Part shown: one piece after another, positions 15,039 to 25,435 of the stretch
Layout of the letters: each line of letters begins with the position of its first letter
Numbering within the stretch: the stretch's first letter is position 1
From: Iphione sp. A-MEVVRFRX5
Lineage: Eukaryota
Reading direction: 5' to 3'
Assembly: GCA_976226885.1 (NCBI GenBank)
Contig: OZ320318.1
Location: 35,402,001-35,466,000 of the forward strand
Length of the DNA: 64,000 nucleotides
Notes under the pieces: generated by a model
Seen by the model: only the letters and a program-made list of their open reading frames with translations
The model's database searches: none
What the model was told of the DNA's origin: nothing
Made by a program: the position numbers and the translations under genes

Positions 15039-15339
15039 CAGGCCCGCATAGCCAAGGGGGTATCGGGGGTATTGTCCGATACCCCCGGAAAGAGGCCAGG
15101 AATTCTACCTCTCTAGGCCCATAGCAAAAGGTGTATCATCAGAAAGAGGAAGAGAGGGAGAGAGAGGGAGAGAGAGAGGGAGGAGAGAGAAAGAGAAAGA
15201 GAGAGCAGAGAGAGAAAGAGAAAGGAAGACTCCTCTAACCAGGAGTTCCACCTCTCTAACCAAGAGTTTTACATCTCTAGCTAAGAGTTCCACCTCTAAT
15301 TTAAGATACCCCCCACAAGACTTCCTTGCTACGGGCCTG
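15039..15339. mobile_element. Non-autonomous DNA transposon (MITE family A), CAGGCCCG..CGGGCCTG ends, 5-bp TSD CAAAG
   Basis: TIRs caggcccgcatagcc / gctacgggcctg; caaag on both flanks; 21-bp subterminal repeats (aaccaggagttccacctctct); inverted homolog at 28929-29251. Confidence 0.8.
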
Positions 15340-16173
15340 CAAAGTAAGGCATTTTAAAATCTCTGTGGTGAATAAAACGAGTGTGAAACATTTGGAAGGA
15401 ATGTAAAGTTAGAAAAATACTTTGTCGACACATTACCCAGCTATGAGCCCAACGTTGAGACATTTTTTATGCAGGTGTGAACCGAAACAATTCTAACGCA
15501 TTTATAACGGCACACATTGTGTCGGTCTTGTTCCTTTTGCCCTCTCCCTCATCCTGCAATCACTGTATGAGTAGTCACCTGTGTGATCAATCGTGATTGT
15601 AAGTATGAGATCAACCATAGTGGTGGTATGTTGGTATTGCGTCGGCCCTAACTTTCCTTTTGCTAGAATCTGCATATACCAAAGAACAATTGGAGGGACG
15701 TGTCCCCACATACAGGGGCCTTGAAAAAGACCGGCTTGGAGCAGTTCAATTTGGGGTCATTAGCAATGTACAAGTGTCCCTATTGCAGGCAAGGAAAGTA
15801 AGTGTTCCTCAAGTGAAAAACAAAGATATTGTTGCTAACACCTGACTTTAGTTGTGATTAGGGGTCCTTTTGCCAGTTGCACGACTGTTTTGTGGCGCTC
15901 TTATAGTGGTAGATTATGAACGAAGTTTCATAAGACATCCTTCTGGGATATTGGCCTAAGAAGAGAGCGTTACTTATGAAACTGATGTGAAGTCCCTTAG
16001 CGTAGTATAGGCAAGTATAGGCAAGAACAACGATTTTTAAACTAATGGTTGAAGACATACAGCACACATCCTGTCTACGGACGCCCAGACACACTGGACG
16101 ACCCCTACAATGGATGCCTTGAGGACAGTCCCAAATGAAAACACTGTATATCATGTTCAATACTGCTCGGATA

Positions 16174-16750
16174 CAGCGGACACTCATAGACAGCGGACAC
16201 TCATAGAGAGCGGACACTCACCACCGGACACTAGTTTTTCAGTCCCAAATATTCAATTTGCCATGTTTACAGTGGACACCTACCCTGAAGGACCCACTAT
16301 AGTAAGGGTACTTTCGCCAGGGAGAGGTGAGACCTAGTCTTAGCACCCTGTAGAAGGCGCAACTGGACTCTTCTTTGGTGGACTATCACACCCAGAAGAG
16401 GTATGACCTGGTCTTGGTACCTTGGAGGAGCTGCTCCTGTCCTTCCTTTGATTGGTGGTGTCGGCAGCTGACACTCTCTTCCATTGCTGGCAGAGAGGAG
16501 GCAGTGGTGGTGGCAGTGGGAGAGGACTGGCAGGCCTTAATTTTTATGCTACAGGTGCTAATTTTTCCAACATCAAAGATCTACCCAGTGGTAGAGAGAA
16601 GGCAGGCATTTGGGACCAGGAATTGGAAAACCATTGATTACATGATAGAGAGAGAGGGAGAAGGGGAAGCTCAGACACAGCAGACGCCCCCGACAATGGA
16701 CACTGTGGCTACAGTCCCAGTGTTGTCCGCTGTAGAGGGGTATCACTGCA
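16174..16750. mobile_element. Degenerate Tc1/pogo-like MITE with 17-bp subterminal repeats
   Basis: cagcggacactcataga x3 at 16174-16224; right end gtccgctgtagaggggtatcactg at ~16725-16748. Confidence 0.35.
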
Positions 16751-19244
16751 TACAGGCCTGTAACTATAGGTAGCTTGAAAGGTTCTTAACTCTCTTTAAA
16801 GAAATGTTTAGCTTTGCCTAAATAAAAAACGAGGATTTTCTGATGGAAAGAAATGATATGTGTGCTTTATATTGTAATGTGCTAGATCTCTGATAAGCGG
16901 TCTGCTGCGAAATAATAATGATGATCATAAAATATCTAGTTCACTCCAAGTGCAGAAAATAACCTGTTGGGGTGTAACTCTCTTGTAGTGCATGTGAAAG
17001 AATATCTGTTTATTCAGTGAAAGGTAGAGGCTTATATATGTACTCCTGAATAGGTAATGTGACATGGCTGTTCTTAGAAAGTTACATAAGTGTTTGCTAA
17101 AAATAACTCCCTCATCACTTCTGATTGGTTGCTTTGGTAACAATAGCAGAGTAATGGAGCACCTAATGGAGTGGTCATGTGATCACACAAGGTGCATTGT
17201 TGCATAATACTGATTACAATTGTACATAATAGCAAGCAACTCTAGTGGAGGTCACACTTCTCCACTACAATAGTACTTTTTTATTTCTAGTATTTTGAAA
17301 ACAGAACTAATAACATGTACAGAGTATTTAAATATAGTCCTTTAGAATGGTACATTATGATTACTTAGTTTTGTCATTTCAGGTAATTTAATTTAGAATC
17401 GATTGTCACAACTCCATTGTCCTTAAAGGTAGTCAGGGAGTAGGTTTTCTTGGTTTCTTGTTTGTCGATTGCTGAGGGAGGACTCACTCTGTAATCCGGT
17501 TGACTTCATTCCAGAGCGCCTTTAATCGAAATGCTTCTCCCGAGTCCCTTCTTTATGTTTATTTCCTTCGCTTTCTCTGTTTTTCTCCATTGAATCATCT
17601 CCGGCCAACTACAAATTCCTGGTGCAGGTGCACATTCTCATAAGATCCTTGAAAAAATCGTAGTTCATTTCAAATTAACCGTTCTGACGGACAAATTGGG
17701 TCACTGTTTGAAAAAAGCAAAATTCAAGATGATGTTTTCATCCTGATGCACTATGCATATAAAGAAGCTTATGTTCCAAATGAAAGGATTAAGTTATTCC
17801 ATCCTGATGATTATACTTACTTTGTCTCATCAAGAATGGTTACTGAGAACACATGACAAGTCTTTTTTTCGAATGAAACCCTGTATTGTTCTTTTTCGCA
17901 TGGCTCGATTCACAAAATTTACGTATATTAATTTATATACATATATATATTTACGTGAAACAGAATTTGCCACATGTTCCGAAGCACAGAATCGCGCTCT
18001 ATTCCACAGATGATGAGTATCTTCGCTTGGTTTGCCCGCATTTACTTGGTGAGGAGATGATTGCATATTAACGTCTCGCTGACAAAGGTTACCGTACTAC
18101 TGACATTGTCGACAGAACATAAAATATAATAATATACACACGTATACTCCAGAGTGTGCTTGTTTGTGTTTTTATGAATCATATACAAGAAGCCCTATAT
18201 TATTGTGTCTGCAATTATGTATATCTACCAGTTGTGTCGCGTAACTCCTCATGGGAAGCAATACACTTGTGACTGAAGCATTTGTATAACAGTTTCTGGA
18301 GAAATTCTCTCAATTGTTTCATGAAAGGCTTCACTTTCCAGGCGAATACTGCCCGAGGTAAGGTTGATTGTAAAGGACACCCCCTTATCTTTCACCTAAG
18401 CTTCTGAGTAAAAATAGAGGTGTTGACTCTTCAAAAACACATGATACAAATGTTTCTGGTTGTAATCCAATTCTGATGTAAAATTTCATCTTTTTATTCA
18501 TTCTAAATTAATCAATTTCTTTGGCTGTTCCTTCTGTTAACAATACTTGGCCTTTTTAAGATGTGAATGATTGTGTAGAAAGACCCAGTAATTTGGCCAT
18601 AATTATGTTAAAAGGGATCAGCTGCATAAAATCTAACAAAAAGCATAATTCTATAGAGAATTTATATGGGCCAATACTGAAGACGTGCACCATAATCAAT
18701 CAAGTACCTCCGAGCTAAAGGTTTCAATACGTAAAAGGTATATTCATTATTAACTCGGGTGTTCGGCTTTTTCTCGGAAAGCAACTGAAAATTATTTCAG
18801 AGAATTGCCACAAGATGGCAGAACACCGCAGATAGTGCTGCTCCCTGCAGGCATTGGATGTTACCACAAAGTTCCTGCGCAGTCACTTTTAAAACATCAG
18901 AGAAAGACACTGGGTACGTTTCTTGCTTATAGAAGTAAGGTTTCTCTTTTGTTTTGCAGATCTTCATTTTGCTTTTGACCATTTCTCTTGGTCTTGTCAG
19001 ACATGTAAATCAAATCAATCTACTGTGTGTTAAATGTTTATACAGGACAAGAGATCCAGCACAGCAAATTAATACCAAAGTAATGTGCAATCTAAAGAAG
19101 AGCATGTCTAAAGTTTCGTTCCTAGCTGCTTGAATACGATTAAAATGGAATTTTGTAGGACCTTTCAAATCTCCTCTCGGTTTATTTCTAATTGCCACTC
19201 AACAAAGTTAAGTCATCCTGAACCACTGAGATGGCAGAATTTCA

Positions 19245-19850
19245 TTGAGACAGAGAGGAGGGAGGGAGGGAGAAAGGGAGAGATCTCTCCCTATCTCTCT
19301 CTCCTTCCCTCTCCCTCTCTCCTTATGTCTGTCCTCCCCCTCTTCTTCTTCCTCTTTAACTGCCTCTTTCTCCCCCTCCCTACCTCACTTACTCTCTGCC
19401 ATTCTCTCTCTCTTCCTTCCCCTTACTGTCTCTCTTTCTCTGCCTTTGTTACTCTCTCTCCTTCTCCATATCTCTATTCCTCCCTCCGTGCCTCTCTATT
19501 TCTCTCCCCCTCCCTCCCTCTCTCCCTACTTGCTCTCTTCCCATTTTCTCTGTCCTCCCCATCTCTCTCTGCCTCTCCTTCTCGCCCTCCCTCTATCTCT
19601 TTCTGTCTGCCTCTTTCACCCTCTTCCCCCTCCCTCTCTGCCATTGTCTCCCTTTCCCTTTCTCTCTTTCTCTGCTCTCTCTCCTTCAATTTCTCTGCCT
19701 TTCCCTCTCTATCCCTCCCTCTATTTATCTTCCTCTCCCTCCCTCCCCTTTATGGTGTCCCTCCTCTTAACCCTCCTCCCCTCTCTCTCTATCTCCCCTT
19801 TTCTCCTTCCTTCCTCTCTCTCCCCCACCCTCCACTATCCACTGTGCCAA
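19245..19850. repeat. ~600-bp CT-rich (polypyrimidine) low-complexity tract
   Basis: Almost purine-free on the plus strand; produces spurious S/L/P-rich ORFs. Confidence 0.9.
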
Positions 19851-22800
19851 ACAGGCTAGACATAGGTTAGACCATTTTTCTTTCACTCATTACATGGTTT
19901 GTGCTAATCTATGGGTTGACCTTTCACTTTTCATTGAAATATGCTTTCGTTAATTAATGTGAGGTGACACGCCCCCCCCGACTTTCCTTCGTATATTTTT
20001 ATGAATTTAATGCATCTTTAACATTACTTCAGAAAGCATTTTCCATCTTTTCATAAATTCAATACATCGTTAGCTAAACCTCCAGTAAAATGCACACACA
20101 CGCACACACACACACCAGTCCACACACTCCTGTATAAAGAGGAGGACGTACACAGTGTACACGTATTCTACAGCATCAAAACTACCCCATTTTCACTGAC
20201 CTTTAGTTAATACGGCCGTCGATACAGCTGCCAATACGGCCACTGATACAGGATAGTATCTCTTCTTCACACTGATTTGTCAGTTCCTGACATGGTGACC
20301 AGATTGGGCCACACCAAGCTGCTCTGTCATTGGCTGTTCTCCCAAGTGTGTGCCCTTGTCAAAGCAAATCACGATAGTATCCCTACATCAACTGAAAAAG
20401 AAGTGCTGCTCCTCCCACAGACAACAAATGATAATCTCTATCTATGCTCAAAATATAGATAGACATTCCTCTTTCTTAATCAAATATCCTTAGGTGTCCT
20501 TCAGTAAAAAATGTACTTTTCTGAATTAACATCCTGGTGAGATGAGACTTCATGGGGATGGACTACTTTTGGGAGAGGTTTTTAATAGGTAGTGTAATCA
20601 AATACATCTTTAGCATAGTCTCCACATACAATCCTTTCTGTCATTAATGTTTGGGGAGTTCCCTCCCACCCCCTTCTCGTATTTTTCAAATAATAATTTT
20701 CTTCATTATAGATCCTTGATGATGCATGTTGTGGTGTGTCCTTCTGTTTGTGTGTGTATGTGTGTGGTGAGTGGGAATTAGGAACAATTCACATGTGGTA
20801 TGGCTACGTGACACCTGTGTTTTCAGTGATTCTGTTTTACACTACAATAATTAAGAAAAAAATCATAGGTTTGGTGTTTTATTCAGTGTTTTATTCCGTG
20901 TAGCACCCTGCCACTTTGTGCATTTTGAAACTCTGTGCCTGTTGTTGGACTTTATACTGCGTAATTCTCTTGTAGTCAAATTTTGTCAAAGCAGCTTCTC
21001 TACCGTTAATCTGGTGATTCTCAGTGTCGCCAGAACGTAATACTTTTAGCATATGCAAAGGTTTATGACCCAATATTCTATTTTCTTTCAGTCTCATTTG
21101 CACATTTTTCAATTAAGATAAAAACATATTTCGGCTCTGTGCGGCTTGCAAGCATGTGCGTGTGTTTAAGAATGTATATACAATTTGCTTTCGGATAAAA
21201 TGCATGGAGGCTAGGACACCAACTACGTACGAATCAGAAAGTGGAGGGTGTACAATATAAATTGCTATGTTAAGACTCTTTGCCATCCTTCAAAACTTTG
21301 ATTCGGCAGTACTGCCCAATGTCTCTGCTGATGGTATTCGAAAAATAGCAGATATTCATATTCACATAGTCCTGTCATACAAGATTATGATATTATTATC
21401 TCTACGATGAAAACGCTTAGCATACATAAGAGATATGCATTGAGATTCTATTATTGAAATTCACAATATCGCAAAAATGTTCGACTCCTTGATTTCACCT
21501 CATCTTCACTATATATCAAAGACCTGGACCTTAGGAAGCAATAGTAGTACGGGTTGTAGTCCAGCTAAAACCGGGTCAGACAGTGCTATCCTCCTATAAA
21601 ATATACGTGGCTAAAACGTTGCACATATAATGATACGTACAGTATATAAATACAAGAGCCACGGGCCACCTACCGATAATATCACATAACCTGACATTTC
21701 GTTTAGGTTCTTTCTAGAGATCTCCCTACCAGTGCATCAAAGTGCAACAGAAACCGTCACCTATGACCATGCTTTAGATGTTGTTTTTTCCCCGTTCTCA
21801 TCCCTGAGTTCGCCTTCTTACAGGATGGGTGATATACTTTAAATGTAGAGGGATTTAAACGATTTAAACTTTATCAAGAGGAAGTATCCCATTGGAGCTG
21901 GTCTTCCACTCTGGTCCTATGTATTTTGATGTCTTTTCCTTTAATATCAAGGTAATGTCACATACAGAAAATCACCTTAGCGCATATAAATTAGGTTTAA
22001 CGGATATGTACTTCCGCACCGATCTATGAGTTCTGTCAAATCCACTTGGCAGGATTCAAATCCTTTCAGTAATAATAGCACAAATTACAATCTCGGCCGC
22101 TATTTGTAGACAATACTCACCACATTCGTCAACTAAGCACTAGATCCTGAACGTTTGTGTTGTATATTTTCAGCATATTCATGATGCAGTGGAAGCGCTC
22201 ATTCTAGACGACTCTCAAATAAGGACATCTCACATCAAGGACAGATACTAGACAGAACCAAATCTATAAATTAAAGTTTACAATGGACACTGGACATCCC
22301 TCTTCATGGACGGCTTCTTGCCAGTTTCTTTGCTGTCTATAACGTGAAGATTCCTGATGTGAAATTTATCATTGATATATACGTTCTAAAAACCGTTCAG
22401 TAGGCAATATTACATAAATACAATTCTCAAATGCACAGTGATCTCTATGCTTTCTGCATTGCACAGAATGTGAAAACAAATACTCATACAACAGTCATGA
22501 ATAATAACTGTGTCTAATAATACTCCCCACAACTAGGTGGCAGCTGTAGTAGTCGATGGCAGCACAATAGTAGACGTTGCAGCGCGGTCAGATATATGAT
22601 AGCTTGCATCCCCACACATACACACACATGCATGCACACACAAATGCGCATACCACTACTACAAGGAAGGGAGCCCTGCTGAGATTACGCTAACTCAAGT
22701 CTTATCAGATAGGGGCTCTACTTGCCCACCAGTACTAACCTTTGTGGCTGCCAGATTTATCAGATCATCTCCCATTGGGATCACCCCATAGAGACACATG

Positions 22801-23332
22801 GCTCCCAAGCACCAGCTCCAGAGATCACAAAGCATGCTCCTTATTGGATACAATGTCAAGTATTTTATGTTTGCCTATAGGGCACTGAAGGAAATCGTGC
22901 ACGTGCGAGAAGTTGCAGACTTATATGGCTAGGCACTCAGTCCTATGGGAAACGCATATATACCAAATCAGTTTCTGTTTATAAAAGAATGAATATTGGT
23001 CATTTTTGCTTAAAAGTTGAAGAGAGGGTAGGTCCAAGAATGGGAATTATTTTAATATGAATATAATCTATGAATAAATAATTTCTAGGAGTACAATAGT
23101 TTCTCTTCTGGAGATATTGATAGGTCTGGTCCCATATTTTCAGCACTGTGAATGATAATAGCATTTTCCCATCTCAGTAACAAGGGGAAGTAGAACTCGT
23201 GTGAACTTCGGTGCCCTATAGTGAAGCCTCTATTAAAGCTCAGACATACTTAGATACTGTTGAGTTGACTCCATCAGTTGTCTGAGCTCCAGTGAAAAAA
23301 AAAACCTATTCAACAGGCGTGAATAAAACTAA

Positions 23333-23541
23333 GGGCCCCCCCCCCAAAAAAAAAAATAGGTGTGTTTCTGGTAACGACCAGCCAAAAACCTACTAAAGTT
23401 ACCAAAAACATGTGCCGTGAAAACACAGATCTAAGGAAATTCAGCTTTGGAATCTCTTTGGGGCCAAAAAATCTTTAGGTAGGATAAAGCTTTACTAGGT
23501 AGGGGTGGGTTACAAGAAACACACCTATTATTTTTTTGGCC
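23333..23541. mobile_element. PIF/Harbinger-type MITE with TAA TSD
   Basis: TAA|GGGCC..AAAATAGGTGTGTTTCTGGTAAC ... GTTACAAGAAACACACCTATTATTTTTTTGGCC|TAA; ~35-bp TIRs. Confidence 0.65.
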
Positions 23542-23922
23542 TAAGCCTAATTATACTCCGTACTACTTGGTGGCAGTCGCAGTAGCCAATGATACTACAA
23601 AATGGAGCCGGCGAATACCCAACTAATTCCTGCACGCTTATTGGTGGCAGAAAAAGTCGCAGTATTGGGTAGGCCGGTTGTTACGCATTCAATCTAGGGA
23701 ACGTTACTCACCATACATACATCGAACATTGCAATACCAATTGCCAGGGCTGGACTATACACTAGAGCTTTGAACTAACGGAGAAGGTAAGCTGACGTAG
23801 GCCTATTTTAAGAAACACAGCGAAGCACATCACGACACGTGTCACGTCCCTCGGCGATTCACCACGCCAGCAGTATGATATATGTACAGGCCCGAATGAC
23901 GACGGAGAAGCATATTGTAGTC

Positions 23923-24038
23923 ATTATTCCTCCTCGGGCGCCAATAGTATTGTGTGTTAAATAAGACGACATGGTTGGGCAAATTAGATATTTATTTCGT
24001 ATAAGACAATAAATAGATAAAATATCACATACACGCCA
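23923..24038 (-). repeat. Split direct repeat B2 (116 bp)
   Basis: Identical to 24305-24420 except one C/T difference. Confidence 0.95.
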
Positions 24039-24200
24039 CACTACTAATATCAATATATATAAAACTCGGTATATGAGGGTACTTATTTGACTATCCAGCA
24101 CCGTACATATAATAAACGAATAAGAACCCATGCATGCAGTTGGTTGCTTACACAAAGACTGTACAAAGAAGATTTACAATCACCGGAGTGGGAGGGTGGG

Positions 24201-24304
24201 CTTTCGCTGCGCCGCTACGAGAGAGTGCTGACCCGCAGCTACAGCGTATTTATAGTGGTGGGGCGCCCTCCCACCTAATGACTTCCCATTTACATGCGCG
24301 ACCC
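24201..24304 (-). repeat. Split direct repeat A2 (104 bp)
   Basis: Identical to 28609-28712. Confidence 0.95.
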
Positions 24305-24420
24305 ATTATTCCTCCTCGGGCGCCAATAGTATTGTGTGTTAAATAAGACGACATGGTTGGGCAAATTAGATATTTATTTTGTATAAGACAATAAATAGAT
24401 AAAATATCACATACACGCCA
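24305..24420 (-). repeat. Split direct repeat B1 (116 bp), contains AATAAA on the minus strand
   Basis: Abuts A2; tttatt at 24373-24378. Confidence 0.95.
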
Positions 24421-24448
24421 ATGCCCAACCATGCGTAGCGAAGGGTGA

Positions 24449-25435
24449 CTAGTGTAGTGCGAGGTTGTGTGTAAGGTTGTGCGCGACAATAGAGTTGTCG
24501 CGGTGTGTAATATATCTACCAACTGCGCCAGAGCGCCAACCTCCAAATCTTTGGATTTGGTCTTGTGTGAAACCTAATGACATAGCATGAGTGGCCGCGG
24601 AGCGGCGCAGACTGTGAAGGGATATGTGCCTGCCCTGGAGCCCAGCTCGATCTGCTAATAGCCTGAACTGTCTTGTCAACCATTGGGTGGTGATGGCCGA
24701 CGAATCAGAGAGGTGTGTAAGAAGGGGTTGTGCCGGGGCCAGGGTGGGTGAATAACTGATCATTTGTTGGTATGCGTGAACTGGACATAGAAGAGGCTCA
24801 GGGGCCTGCGGGAATGTGATAACCCTATTCTGATTGTAGTTCTGCATATTCTTGGCCCACTTCTGGAACCAGATTAACGCTCCCTGACTAAGACAAACAT
24901 CCCGGCGCGTGGGGTGCCTGAACGGGTCAAACCGGTGCGTTGCCGGAGGTGCGACCTCCGACTGGCGCAGGCCACCGTAATACATAATTAACAACGCCAG
25001 CCGGAGAGCCGCGCCGTCCGGAGTGTGGACTGTCTGTTGCACGATCGCTCTGATGTCCTGGGGGCGTAGAGGGTCCATTGGTCTTGCGACGTGGGTCTTG
25101 ACTCTCTTGATGGCGTCGAGCGTCAACAATGCCTCTCGCGATTCGAAGGCCGTGATGTCGCCTCTGGCATCCTTCAAGAACTGTCGTACGGCCGTCAGCG
25201 TGTTGACGATGGTGCCCGGACATCTCTGGAAGTCGAACAGGTAGCGAGTGAAGGCACAGGCATGGGTGACTGCTGGTAGCAGGGGATTGAAGTCGAACCA
25301 GTGCGCGAACGCCAAATAGAGGGAGGCTGCGGACCGCCGGTTCCTGAACGTACCCGGTGCCCTAGCTTGTAACATCAACTGCTCGGCCCCCTTTAGAAGT
25401 GGCATCAATGAGGCGTCTGGAATAGAGCGGAGCAT
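24449..25435 (-). CDS. Tyrosine recombinase (328 aa) of the Ngaro-like element
   Basis: Catalytic motifs YGGLRQSE (R), HSLRRSAAT (HxxR), GGWRS (W), AVGRYI (Y). Confidence 0.95.
   Translation of the reverse strand: MLRSIPDASLMPLLKGAEQLMLQARAPGTFRNRRSAASLYLAFAHWFDFNPLLPAVTHACAFTRYLFDFQRCPGTIVNTLTAVRQFLKDARGDITAFESREALLTLDAIKRVKTHVARPMDPLRPQDIRAIVQQTVHTPDGAALRLALLIMYYGGLRQSEVAPPATHRFDPFRHPTRRDVCLSQGALIWFQKWAKNMQNYNQNRVITFPQAPEPLLCPVHAYQQMISYSPTLAPAQPLLTHLSDSSAITTQWLTRQFRLLADRAGLQGRHISLHSLRRSAATHAMSLGFTQDQIQRFGGWRSGAVGRYITHRDNSIVAHNLTHNLALH

Noticed and set aside
17400-19100. Exon-like segments with splice signals on both strands
   Set aside because: The frames contain stops and no consistent model or homology emerged
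19130-19870. Long ORFs of 246 and 204 aa
   Set aside because: Artefacts of a purine-free CT tract that cannot form stop codons
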